From: a cyanobacterium endosymbiont of Rhopalodia gibba
GTDB lineage: Bacteria; Cyanobacteriota; Cyanobacteriia; Cyanobacteriales; Microcystaceae
DNA length: 64,000 bases
NCBI GenBank assembly: GCA_045159875.1
Contig: CP067995.1
Coordinates: 2,048,001 to 2,112,000 of the forward strand
Reading direction: 5' to 3'
Shown: positions 46,831 through 58,280 of the stretch, piece by piece
How positions within the stretch are numbered: the stretch's first letter is position 1
How the letters are laid out: the number at the start of each line of letters is the position of its first letter
Translations under genes and position numbers: made by a program
Notes under the pieces: model-generated
Databases searched by the model: none
Told to the model about the DNA's origin: nothing
Seen by the model: the letters and a program-made list of their open reading frames with translations, nothing else

Positions 46831-49618
46831 TTGCCTAACAAAAACAATACAAGAAAAAAAGTAATGGGGCTTCTAGATTAGCCATGAAAAAATAATAAAA
46901 AATAAAAGCTATAAGTCTCGTCTTAGGATATCGAAATACAGTCAAAATGATAGTTTTAGAATTTATTAGCTGCCAACTCATCACATTCAGGCTAAAAAAG
47001 TAAAATTAATTATAAATCAAGACTTTAAAATAGAACAGTTCAACACGATTGTTAAGACTATTTAACAGAATACTTCGATGCATAACCAAATCAAACAATA
47101 TCAACAACGAAAAGAGAAAACACTGAAGAACTACAATTAGCCTAGATTTTTACTAAAAAATAAAGACAATTACGCCAATGTTCAACTGGTGTGAGAGTCA
47201 GGCTTTTTATAGAGAATATTTGTGGCTGCTACTTCTCTTTTTTATTAGAACATATAGAGAACTTTACATCAACTAGAGCAATTAATGGATCAAGTGATTT
47301 TTTCTTACATAGCTTGTTTTTGTTCGTATTCATAACCTCCTCTATTTAAAAATGATTAGTATTTAGCCTTAAAAGAATAAATACTATACATCAATAAACG
47401 TATTTTTTGTTTAACAGTATCAAGGTTAAGTTGACAAATTAAATTAGCTGATTACCGATACACTTTTTTCAAAAAAATAGCTATTTTTTAAAAAATTTAT
47501 TCGATAAATAATTATAATAACAGTCAACATAACAAGTTTTTTAGCCCTTATTTTACTAACAATGTCAGAAAAATATTGTAAGGCGGTAATGACCGCAGAC
47601 AAAGAATCTTTAAGAAGAGTACTATCACGGCTTAAATAACCTCTTAAAAACCTATTTATCCATAATCATTTGTTTGATTTTGCCATCGGTTAATTGTCCT
47701 TTATCTATCTGCTTTTATAGAGCATAAGCTAACTCAGTCTCTTCTTTATTTAAAATATTTTCAGGAATACATCAATTATTTGCCATGTTTAACTTGTCCT
47801 ATTCATAGGAAGGATATACTCCTCTTATTTAGTAAGAACAGCTTTTTAATATCTTACACAAAGAGTAAGGGCAATCAAATTTTAAATATTATCGTATATC
47901 AAATTCGATGAAAACAATTAATATCATAGCCCCAAACAATAAATACAATAAAATTGATCAAAAAAACAACGAGAGTAGTTACTATAGGTAACTACTCTAT
48001 AGATCCAAAAATAATATGAAGTAATAAATGAAAGATAATGGCTTTTAATTAAAACAATGAGCTACAAAAATTAAAAATTAATATTTTTCGTACTATTCAA
48101 AAATATTAACTATAATATTCGATAGATTAAAAATTATGGTTAAGCCATGTACATAAATATAATTTTTTTATGTAAATAAGATTTGATTATAGCGGTTATC
48201 TTCAGCATCTACATAAAAAAATTATATCTTTTTCATCTCAAAAAATTTGAATAGGCTATACAAGGTTATTAGTGATTTAGCTGGTTTTAAAATAAAGTTT
48301 ATGGTACACGGTAAAACCAATCAGAAGATGAGAAATACTGATTTTCTTACATTGGCTATCTATGTCATCTCATTTAATTATCAGCTAGATAGTTCGAGCT
48401 AAATTTTTTATTTTAATCAATAAAGTTTTTCAAAGTAAAAGTAGCCAAATATAAATAAATAATACTATAATAATGACTATTAAAAGAGCGAGTAGACTGT
48501 CAATTGACACTAAAAAAATGAATCTTTTTTTAGCTTAAGAAGCTCAAACAAAGCTAGAAACTGACACAAATATTAATTCTCGTCAATTTGAAACTAATTC
48601 TTAATTTGGTTAAATAGTGTTTAGGATACCATACCATTATATTTAGTTTACAGTCAATCAACCTCCTTGATTTTTTAATGCTTAACAAGAAATTTATACA
48701 CTTTCAAACTGTTTTATCCTAGATATGATTCTATGACTTCTGTTACTAGTCTTGTCAATTCATATTCATTTTTCAAGATTTGACCAGCTAATTAAGCCTC
48801 TTTTCTTCTTTGCTATTTGTTATCAATTCTATTTATTCATGGAAAATAAGAATTTAATTTTTAAAAAACTCTTTAAGGTTAATTAAAATTCAAACCCTTT
48901 TCCTGTTTTTTAAAAATTACATATATTTAACCTTTCACTTTTTTGGTAGGTCTATTCAATTCTTTTTTGTCCCTCTCTTTTAAACTAACTATAAGTAGTA
49001 GCTGACCATAAGTTAAAGCCTGATTTATCTAGATATTTTACATAGATTTTCTCCACAGCTTTACTAAGCTTCTCATAATCCCATCAATCAAAGTTAATTC
49101 CACCGATAAATTTTTGTATAAACAGTCAAAAAAGCTCTTTTTGAACAGATGGAAATTTTCTTAATCTTCCACCCTATTGCTAACAATTCAATCGCACTAA
49201 CTCTATCTCTTGCTCTTCAAGAATGTTTTTGAGCTTCACTTTACTCGAGCAAGTTTCTCCCTGCTTTAATTTGGAAAACATCTTTAAACGATAAGATTGG
49301 ATTAATTAATCAAAGTTCTCATGGTTAACTTTTCCAACGCATGTTGATGTTTGTTCGTGGCGATTACTTTTAAATCTGCAATACAGGTTAACAGAGTGTC
49401 ACTTGATTTTATGTCCGATAATGATACTTGAAACTAATTTATTTTTTGAAATATAACAGTAAATTAGTGCCTTAATTATGAAGACTATAATTCCAATACT
49501 AAACTCTCCATATAACAAAACTTCGTCATTGATATAAAAAACAAAACCACTTTCAATTATCTGGGCAGGATTGGTTATCCTATAAGCCTTTTATACATGA
49601 TTTAAGGACTAAGACGGC

Positions 49619-51562
49619 TCAATTACTCTTTTTTTGTACTTTGGGTCGAGGAAACTCAGAAGCAGCAGGGAAATATTTAACTGGCTCATTGACCATTGCT
49701 TGTTTCATAAAGTCTCGCCAAATAGGGGCAGCATTACCTCCTCCTGTAACCCCTCTCCCTAAAGCACGGTTAGCATCATCCCCTACCCAAACGGCTGTGG
49801 CTAATTGAGGAACATAACCCACAAACCAAACATTACGTTCTGAATCTGTAGTTCCTGTTTTACCCGCGGCAGGACGATCAATATTAGCTGCTCTCCCTGT
49901 TCCACTCGTAATAACTCCCTGTAAAACTGCCGTTAAGTTAGCTGTTGCCCAGGGATCTAGAACTAATTGAGGTTCTGGAGTATTGTCTAATAAAACATTG
50001 CCAAGACTATCTGTGATTCGAACAATAGCTGTTGGTTTAGAATACCAACCATTACTAGCAAAGGTAGCATAGGCTCCCGCCATTTCCAGGGGAGTGACAT
50101 CTCCTGCTCCTAAGGGAAGGGAAGTTACCGCTTGTAACGGACTTTTAATTCCTATGCGACGACATATTTCAATAACTTTACTAACTCCAATTTTACTCCC
50201 GATAATCACTGCCGGAACGTTACGTGATTGTATCAAAGCAGTACGAATAGGCATGGGACCTCTATAATTCCCTCCATAGTTTCTAGGGCTATAGACATTT
50301 TGTCCATCGCGGAAACTTACAGGATTGTCATTGACAATGGAGTCGGGAGTAAATTTGCCGCTAGCAAAAGCAGTATAGTAAACAAATGGCTTAAAGGAAG
50401 AGCCAGGTTGGCGACGAGATTGGGTAGCACGATTTAGTTGACTTTTATTGTAATTAACTCCTCCCACGATTGCTTTAATAAAGTGAGTGCGAGGATCAAC
50501 AGAAACTAAAGCGATCTGTAGATCTTTAGCAGAAATTCCCCATCGCCGTAAGTTACGATAACCCCTTTCCACGCTTTCTTTAGCTTTAAGCTGAAGATAA
50601 TAGTCAACGCTAGTTTGAATCCGCATTCCCCCTTTTAGGGTAACTTCTTCACCGAATTTATCCTCTAACTCTTCCATAACGGTATCGGTTACGTAGGGAA
50701 GTTTACTATTCTGCCATGCTGTGGGTTTACCCATTCTCAAAGGTTCTTTTTTGGCTGCTTCAGCCTCTTGAGCAGAAATCCATCCCAAACCCCGCATCCT
50801 GTCTAAAACCATTGCTTGTCTTTGTTTAGATTTAGAATAATTAATAAAAGGGCTATAGGTTTCTGGAGCTTGGATGAGTCCGGCCATCAAAGCTGATTCA
50901 GCTAGGTTTAATTCGGATGCCGGTTTATTAAAATAACTTTCTGCCGCAGTTTGCGCTCCATAGTTATTATGACCCCAATAGATATTGTTGAGGTACATTT
51001 CTAGTATCTTATCTTTCTCAAAAACTTGTTCTACCCGAAGAGAAAGAACCGCCTCAGAAAGTTTGCGGTTAAAGGTTCGATCCGTCGACAAAAAGATATT
51101 TTTGACTAACTGCATAGTAATGGTAGACGCGCCTTCGACCACACCACCACTTTTATAGTTCACCCAAAGCGCACGACCAATACTTGTGAAGTTGACCCCG
51201 TGGTGATGATAAAAGTGACTATCTTCAATTGCTAGTACCGCCCTTTTGAGTTCAGGAGACATATAGTTTAAAGTTATCACTTCTCGGTTGGCTTCTTCAT
51301 GAAGTCTCGATAAGAGCCGTCCTTTGATATCGTAGATATAAGTGGTTTCTGGTGGGGCGTAGTTATTTAGACTCCGAACGTCTGGGAGGTTGCGAAAGCT
51401 AATGGCAAGTCCAACGAGTCCCCCTGTAATAATGGAACTGGCCAAAAGGGAAAGACTCAGTACGGTTCCCCCAGCCACTTTGACTACACCTTGCCTAAAG
51501 GAGGCTTTAGGAGAGGGCGGCTTGTTTGGATTAGTTTGTTGTCGAATAGTGCTAGACGACAC
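49619..51562 (-). CDS. Class A penicillin-binding protein (PBP1A family)
   Basis: EDSHFYHHHG, GASTITMQLVKN, QPGSSFKP, SRN, KTGT. Confidence 0.95.
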   Translation of the reverse strand: MSSSTIRQQTNPNKPPSPKASFRQGVVKVAGGTVLSLSLLASSIITGGLVGLAISFRNLPDVRSLNNYAPPETTYIYDIKGRLLSRLHEEANREVITLNYMSPELKRAVLAIEDSHFYHHHGVNFTSIGRALWVNYKSGGVVEGASTITMQLVKNIFLSTDRTFNRKLSEAVLSLRVEQVFEKDKILEMYLNNIYWGHNNYGAQTAAESYFNKPASELNLAESALMAGLIQAPETYSPFINYSKSKQRQAMVLDRMRGLGWISAQEAEAAKKEPLRMGKPTAWQNSKLPYVTDTVMEELEDKFGEEVTLKGGMRIQTSVDYYLQLKAKESVERGYRNLRRWGISAKDLQIALVSVDPRTHFIKAIVGGVNYNKSQLNRATQSRRQPGSSFKPFVYYTAFASGKFTPDSIVNDNPVSFRDGQNVYSPRNYGGNYRGPMPIRTALIQSRNVPAVIIGSKIGVSKVIEICRRIGIKSPLQAVTSLPLGAGDVTPLEMAGAYATFASNGWYSKPTAIVRITDSLGNVLLDNTPEPQLVLDPWATANLTAVLQGVITSGTGRAANIDRPAAGKTGTTDSERNVWFVGYVPQLATAVWVGDDANRALGRGVTGGGNAAPIWRDFMKQAMVNEPVKYFPAASEFPRPKVQKKSN

Positions 51563-51778
51563 GATAGTTTTACTTTCTCACTCCGAGTATAGGTTTATGA
51601 ATTAGCGGGAGACCTGGCATAAATAAAGTTTTTTATAAGTAGCTTATAGGAATTTGGCCGAGATTCAATCCCCTAGTCTCATTTATTATGCCCTATACCC
51701 GAAATAAATTCCTAGCATTATGTCTATACACAGAATTTTCCATAATGTTAAGCAAGTTTTTTTTATGAGGATTTGATT

Positions 51779-52693
51779 ATGTCTACTGTTAAAGTTTCGG
51801 TTCCAGCTACAACAGCTAACTTAGGACCGGGGTTCGACTGCATTGGAGTTGCTTTAAACCAATATAACTACTTTGAGTTCAGTTCCATTGAAACCGAAAC
51901 TCCTAACCTGAGTATTGTTGTAACAGGGAAAGAAGCCCCAAGAGTAAATTGTGATCGCACTAACTTGGTTTATCAGTCTTTTCTTAAACTTTATCAATAT
52001 CTGGGACAAACGCCTCCTAATGTCGCTATTAATATTGAATTGGGAGTTCCTTTAGCTAGAGGATTAGGAAGTTCAGCCACCGCTATTATTGGTGGTTTAA
52101 TGGGAGGAAATAAATTGGCTGGCGAACCTCTTTCTTTATCCGAGATTATGGAATTGGCAATCAATATTGAAGGTCATCCTGATAATGTAGTGCCTGCTTT
52201 GTTAGGAAATTGTCAATTATCTGTAGGAGAAGCAGGAAATTGGCAAATTTGTCCTATTGTTTGGCATCCAGATTTAATTCCTGTGGTTGCTATTCCTAAT
52301 TTTGAACTGTCTACCCAAGAGGCACGAGCTGTTTTACCTACGCACCTAAGTCGCCATGATGCTATCTTCAATATTGCTCGTCTGGGATTATTGATTAAAG
52401 CATTAGAAACAGGCAATCGAGATTGGTTGATGATAGCCTTGGATGATAAACTCCATCAGCCTTATCGTCAGATTTTGATCAAGGGCTATAATTCCATAAA
52501 AAGAGCCGCCATGTCTGTGGGAGCCTATGGGGTAGTCATTAGTGGGGCGGGACCTACAGTGATTGCCTTAACTTCTTCTGAGCATGCCGAGCAGGTATCA
52601 CTTGCTATGACTAATGCATGGATGCATGCAGGAATTGAAGCAGAAGCGCTACTGCTATCGATTGATTTCGATGGCGCTAGGGTTCTTATTTAA
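51779..52693 (+). CDS. thrB: Homoserine kinase
   Basis: PATTANLGPGFD, PLARGLGSSA, EGHPDN, ISGAGPT. Confidence 0.97.
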   Translation: MSTVKVSVPATTANLGPGFDCIGVALNQYNYFEFSSIETETPNLSIVVTGKEAPRVNCDRTNLVYQSFLKLYQYLGQTPPNVAINIELGVPLARGLGSSATAIIGGLMGGNKLAGEPLSLSEIMELAINIEGHPDNVVPALLGNCQLSVGEAGNWQICPIVWHPDLIPVVAIPNFELSTQEARAVLPTHLSRHDAIFNIARLGLLIKALETGNRDWLMIALDDKLHQPYRQILIKGYNSIKRAAMSVGAYGVVISGAGPTVIALTSSEHAEQVSLAMTNAWMHAGIEAEALLLSIDFDGARVLI

Positions 52694-52694
52694 A

Positions 52695-52776
52695 TGCGGA
52701 CGGCGAGACTTGAACTCGCATGGCAAAAGCCACACGCCCCTCAAGCGTGCGTGTCTACCGATTCCACCACGTCCGC
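52695..52776 (-). tRNA. trnL: tRNA-Leu(GAG), CCA not encoded
   Basis: Reverse complement gcggacgtggtggaatcggtagacacgcacgcttGAGgggcgtgtggcttttgccatgcgagttcaagtctcgccgtccgca; cloverleaf with long variable arm. Confidence 0.96.
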
Positions 52777-52997
52777 ATTATAGTCATCTGGGTATACTAT
52801 CATAACCAAAAGCTAAAACACAAGGAAGATTTTAAACTATTCTTTAAATCTTTTAATTAGTTACCAAGAATTACCAGAAAAAAAAGAAAAATGCAGAAAA
52901 AAATATTAAAACAAGAGGCCAAGATTGACTCTCCATCAAAAAACCCTGTCATAATCTTTACAGAGGAAACCCTGTATTTATCCTAAACTAAAGAATC

Positions 52998-54197
52998 ATG
53001 AGCATTTCCATCAAACAATTATGTGTCTATGTTGCACTCCTAGCTGTAGGCAGCAGTCTCGGATTGTGGAGAAGTCACTACACAAATCAACCACTAATCA
53101 CTAAGACTGTTCAAAACCCTCCAGTGGTTCCCACAAATCTTAACCCTTTATATTTTCCTTCTAGATCTTCGGGTATAAACAATCTTAATTTTATTGCTAA
53201 AGCGGCTCAAAAAGTTGGTCCAGCCGTGGTTCGCATTGATGCAGCAAGACAAGTATCTAGCAACCTTCCCGACTCTTTTGAGAATCCTTTCTTCCGTCGT
53301 TTTTTTGGCAAGGAAATTCCAATTCCCAAGGAACATATTGAACGGGGAACGGGCTCAGGGTTTATTCTTAGTGAGGATGGACAACTATTGACAAATGCCC
53401 ATGTAGTTGATGGAACAAAACAAGTTAAAGTGACTTTGAAAAATGGACAAATCTATCGGGGACAGGTATTAGGGATTGATAAAATGACTGATGTGGCTGT
53501 AGTAAAAATTGGAGCGACCGATCTGCCCACAGTTAAATTAGGAACAGCTGAGAATTTACAACCTGGAGAATGGGCAATCGCTATTGGGAATCCTTTAGGA
53601 TTGGATAATACTGTAACAGTAGGAATTATCAGTGCCTTGGGGCGCTCAAGTTCAGAAGTTGGGGTTCCCGACAAGAGATTAAGATTTATCCAAACCGACG
53701 CAGCCATTAATCCAGGGAATTCAGGAGGGCCTCTTCTTAATTCTAGTGGAGAAGTGGTGGGTATTAATACAGCGATTCGTGCAGATGCTCAAGGATTAGG
53801 GTTTGCTATTCCTATCGAAACAGCCCAACGAGTGGCCCAACAATTGTTTGTTAAGGGAAAAGCAGATCATCCTTATTTAGGTATTCACATGATTACTTTG
53901 GATGGAGAATTACAAAAAGAACTTAATCAGGAGAATAAATTAGATTTTGAAGTGACTGAAACTAAAGGAGTTTTAATAGTTAGTGTGGTGAATAATTCTC
54001 CTGCTGCTGAGGCTGGTTTTCAACCTGGAGATATAATTTTAAAAGTTGGGGGTAAATTAGTAGAATCTGCGACAGATGTACAAGAACAGGTAGAGCTGAG
54101 TTCTATTGGAAAAATTCTTGACGTAGAGGTAATTCGCCAAGGAAATTCTAATCCTAAGACTTTAGCAGTACGTCCAGAATCTTTCCCAATTAATTAA
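52998..54197 (+). CDS. HhoA/HhoB/HtrA-family serine protease with PDZ domain
   Basis: GTGSGF, TNAHVV, QTDAAINPGNSGGPL, C-terminal PDZ. Confidence 0.95.
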   Translation: MSISIKQLCVYVALLAVGSSLGLWRSHYTNQPLITKTVQNPPVVPTNLNPLYFPSRSSGINNLNFIAKAAQKVGPAVVRIDAARQVSSNLPDSFENPFFRRFFGKEIPIPKEHIERGTGSGFILSEDGQLLTNAHVVDGTKQVKVTLKNGQIYRGQVLGIDKMTDVAVVKIGATDLPTVKLGTAENLQPGEWAIAIGNPLGLDNTVTVGIISALGRSSSEVGVPDKRLRFIQTDAAINPGNSGGPLLNSSGEVVGINTAIRADAQGLGFAIPIETAQRVAQQLFVKGKADHPYLGIHMITLDGELQKELNQENKLDFEVTETKGVLIVSVVNNSPAAEAGFQPGDIILKVGGKLVESATDVQEQVELSSIGKILDVEVIRQGNSNPKTLAVRPESFPIN

Positions 54198-55442
54198 TAA
54201 TTAATATCCAATAGTTTTAACGTTATTTAATGGTGTGTTTAGGACTACTAAGTAAATGTATCTAAAATGAACTATAAAAGAACAAGTCATTTTATCTCGC
54301 TACATTTAATTCATTAAAGTTAAGTTAATACTGCTTTAGTTAGTGTTTTTTAGCGTGTTTCTGGTGATAAATATTATTTTTAACAATATTTGGGGATACA
54401 GTTGTTATTTTAAATAACTAAGTCAAAATGTAACGAGAGTTAACAATCAACTGAAATAATAACCGCCAACATTTAAAACTTCAATGATTTATAAAAAATC
54501 AGCATAACCTAAAATTAGCTTACCTTTTAATTATAAATTGAGAGAGAGTTTTTTAAGTAAATAAGTATGAAAAATTAATCAAGTGAAAAAGTGAACAACA
54601 AAGTTTTAAACACTCTAATTTATCAAAAAATATTAATACGGTTAAATATTATTAATCAATTTTAGTCACTTTTACTTCATTTTTTATTGACAACTAATAG
54701 TTAATTATACTTCTTAGTTTATAGAACTTTTTAAATAGTTATTGGGTTACATATCCTCGGACCTAAAATAGTCGGTCAATCAACTTTTACATTAATTTCC
54801 GAGATCAGTTTACGGTTATCTATAAAGCCAATGATTGATTACAGTTATCTTTATTTAAATAAGGTTTAAATCTAAAATACTATTCCATATGATTCTATAT
54901 CAATTCGACTAAGTCTTCAAAACTAGGCGGATTCCACTGCAAGATTGATAAAACTAATTCCTGTGTTTTTTTCCTTGCAAGTCTGTAAAAAAACGCTACA
55001 GTAACATCATTACTCAGGGTCAGGGCACAACTTCTACAATAATGATGATATCTGATTAGATTAGGAAATACTTTTTTGCAATGGGGAAGAACCTACAATA
55101 TATAAAATTTTTTTATAGTTCGATATTATGAATCATGAAAGTTAATTACCACAGTTATAGTTTTATCTGTTCTAAACAAAATGATGGCACTGTTCAAATC
55201 TTTGACAAGAGTTATCTAGATTAGAAAATACCTCCGCGAGATTGAGATGAGATTTTATATTCATAGTAAAAATCTCTATAAATGTTGCTTCTGTTTCCAC
55301 TAAACTTACATTTCAAATAAACAAAAATTTTTTGGTAGTTTATACAGTAAGCTAAATTCAGTCGACTTAAAAATTTCTAAAACATCGAGTTTCCAGTAAA
55401 AGGTTTCAAATCTTTTAAGAGCCTTGAATTTGACTCTGATGA

Positions 55443-57515
55443 TTACTGTCTATTGTTTTTTAACTTACTTATCTTAGCCGATGAAGTTTTCTTAGTCCTT
55501 TTACAAGGAATAGTTTTGAGGAAAATAGGAACCGTAAAATGAAACTGACTTCCGAGATTTTTCCCATCTGATTCCGCCCAGATCTCACCGCCCCACCCCT
55601 GAACAATCTGACGACAAATAGCCAAACCTAACCCTGTTCCCCCTGTACTACGCCGTAATGCCCCTTCTTCTTGATAGAATCTATCAAAGACTGTTTCCAA
55701 ACAATTGGGCTCAATACCTCGTCCCGTATCAGCTACCGTAACTTCTAAACTACCAGGATGAGTGCTACTAACTTCAATGGTTACACTTCCTTTAGAACTG
55801 GTAAACTTACATGCGTTGTCGAGCAATTTAGCTAACACTTCCACTAGCCATTCTCCATCGGCTTGAATTAAGGGAAGTTCGGAAGTTACTAAGTTTTTAA
55901 TGTTGGGTAAATTTCTATCTCGATTACGGGACCTAACATTACTCAGAGATAATTCAACACATTCAGCTAAATCTAAGGGTTCGGGATGCCATTCCACCCG
56001 TCCACTTTCTAACCGAGAAAGGGTCAGAAAATCTTGGACAAGCTTACGCATGCGTTCAGCATCTTGCAAGGCGGTATTAAGCATCACTTGACGCAATTTG
56101 GGAGACATATCAGGTTCAGTGGCCAAACTTTCTAAACAAATTTGAATAGTAGAAAGAGGTGTGCGTAATTCATGTCCAGTAATAGCCACTAAATTCGAAC
56201 GGGTGCGATCAAGGGCCTCAAGTTGTTCATTAAGGTCTTGTAGATTAGCATAAGCTTCGGCTTGAATTAGGGCCACACCAATTTGAGTCGTGATCGCATT
56301 AACTAAAGCCACATCTTCATCTTTCCAGTCCACAGGATTAGGACCACAGTGGTGCAACTCTAACATCCCCAATAATCTTCCCCGATATAGAATGGGAACT
56401 AGTAGCCAAGATAGGATTGAACACTTAATGACAAGACTTTGAAGAGATTTTGAATCTGAATCGGACTTTGTTCGATTGAAAATGCGCGGATTATTATTTA
56501 CATCTTCAATCATCAAGGAGTCACGCAACTCCATCACTTCTTGGAATAAGGGATTGTCGTGTAACGGCCAAGTTTCTCCCTTAATTGAAGCAATACCGGT
56601 ACTTAAAAATTCATGTTGAATTGTAGCTGTGGTATCAGTTTCCCGACAGCGATAGACAAGACAACGACATACTCCCAACCCTTCTCCTAATTTTTGAACA
56701 GCTAGGTGTAAAATCTCTTCAGGATCTAATGAGCGTCGAATAGCAGTGGTAACCGAGTTAATAAGACGTTCCTTATGTTCTTTGGAAGCTAGGGAACGGT
56801 TGGCCTTAAGTAGTTTATATTGACCAGCTTGTAGATAACTAACGAGGCGTTGTACAAAGGGATCGGGGTGTCTGTTAGGACAATCCCACGTCAAATTATT
56901 AACTTCTTTTTGCTTAAGATTTACTCCTCTTTGTTTTAAAGCGGTCACCGGTAAATATTTCTGGCGAGCTTGCTTAATTTTTGTCTTTAATTCCGGTCTA
57001 TAGGCAAGAATACGTCGTAATAAGGTATCTGCAGCCTGTTGACTTACTTGACGATCAAATGTCCAAATTCCTTCAAAACGTCGGCTATTGTCCATCGCTA
57101 AGCCAACACGGTCATTAGTATCATCATGATTCACTCCAATGCGTTCTTGACATACTAAGCAGCTTGCATAATCTTGAGCAATAACGATTAAGTTCCATTC
57201 TTGAGTCAAGCTGTCTGTTGATTCAAAAGCGATCTTCTCATAGATTTCAGAACTATTTTCAAAGTCGGCTTCTGGAGCAGCCAATACATAAACCTGATTT
57301 GTTTTTTTGGCGATTCGCCGATATCGTTGAGCTTCTTGCCGATAAAACCGTTCTCGTTGAAAACTGGCAATAACTAGAGGATAACCTGAGCCAGCTAAGA
57401 CTTGATCTTCCATCGCATGAGATAAAGCTGTCAAGGAAGCCTTGAAATACATTTGAGGCCGCCAATAGGGAAAAATTTGCAACAGTTCTGTTAAAACCGA
57501 TATTGAGTTGCTCAT
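55443..57515 (-). CDS. hik2: DICT-GAF sensor histidine kinase, Hik2-like
   Basis: YFKASLTALSHAMED (DICT), GAF domain, GHELRTPL, LLDNACKFT, GGTGLGL; start at ATG 57515. Confidence 0.88.
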   Translation of the reverse strand: MSNSISVLTELLQIFPYWRPQMYFKASLTALSHAMEDQVLAGSGYPLVIASFQRERFYRQEAQRYRRIAKKTNQVYVLAAPEADFENSSEIYEKIAFESTDSLTQEWNLIVIAQDYASCLVCQERIGVNHDDTNDRVGLAMDNSRRFEGIWTFDRQVSQQAADTLLRRILAYRPELKTKIKQARQKYLPVTALKQRGVNLKQKEVNNLTWDCPNRHPDPFVQRLVSYLQAGQYKLLKANRSLASKEHKERLINSVTTAIRRSLDPEEILHLAVQKLGEGLGVCRCLVYRCRETDTTATIQHEFLSTGIASIKGETWPLHDNPLFQEVMELRDSLMIEDVNNNPRIFNRTKSDSDSKSLQSLVIKCSILSWLLVPILYRGRLLGMLELHHCGPNPVDWKDEDVALVNAITTQIGVALIQAEAYANLQDLNEQLEALDRTRSNLVAITGHELRTPLSTIQICLESLATEPDMSPKLRQVMLNTALQDAERMRKLVQDFLTLSRLESGRVEWHPEPLDLAECVELSLSNVRSRNRDRNLPNIKNLVTSELPLIQADGEWLVEVLAKLLDNACKFTSSKGSVTIEVSSTHPGSLEVTVADTGRGIEPNCLETVFDRFYQEEGALRRSTGGTGLGLAICRQIVQGWGGEIWAESDGKNLGSQFHFTVPIFLKTIPCKRTKKTSSAKISKLKNNRQ

Positions 57516-58280
57516 CGACGTCTTTTTGGTATCTCCTGGCAAAATCGATTCATATCGCCCTTATAGCCTTCATATTGCAGTTATGGACCCTTCGATAAGG
57601 ATGTTGAAATATAAATAGTCTATGTTTATTTACAGTTTCCCCTCATTGTAACGGGATTGCTATAGTGGCTAACGATAATGTTATTAGGATTTACTTAACT
57701 CTATGGACATAGTCTAGATAAGTTATTTTCTCTTTAAACCCCATTCTATTAGAAAAACTTGATGTATTTTTGTTATCGAGTCTGTTGTGCGTATCTTCTA
57801 TTGAGCCTAAAAGATCAATAATCACTCTTCAATCAACAAAAAGTTTTTGCATGTCTTTTTATAGTTTCAGCTCCAAGAACTTTTTCTGCACATTTTTACT
57901 CTTAATGCATTATCAATGCAACCAAATCTTTCCAGAACTCTTTTCGAGACAGTGATGCTTTTTAAATCAGTCTTTTTATAACCTTACTATTCGGGTATTA
58001 CAAAATCTGTCATGATTTTCTGATTTTTTAGGGAAAATCGAAGATCTTATCAGTGGTCCTAAATATTAGGAAAAACTGACAATATAATCTCCTAAAGCCT
58101 AATAAATTTGTAAATAATCTTGTCAATTAACGATCTCGCCCCTTAATTATTTCCCCTAGTTTTTTGTCACATAAAATTAAGCGAACAATCCCCGTAATCC
58201 AAATTCCATGAGTTAACTATAATTCAGATGAAACTCTTAAGACTTTACCAAGAGCTATTTATTGTCCCAATTATCGGAGA

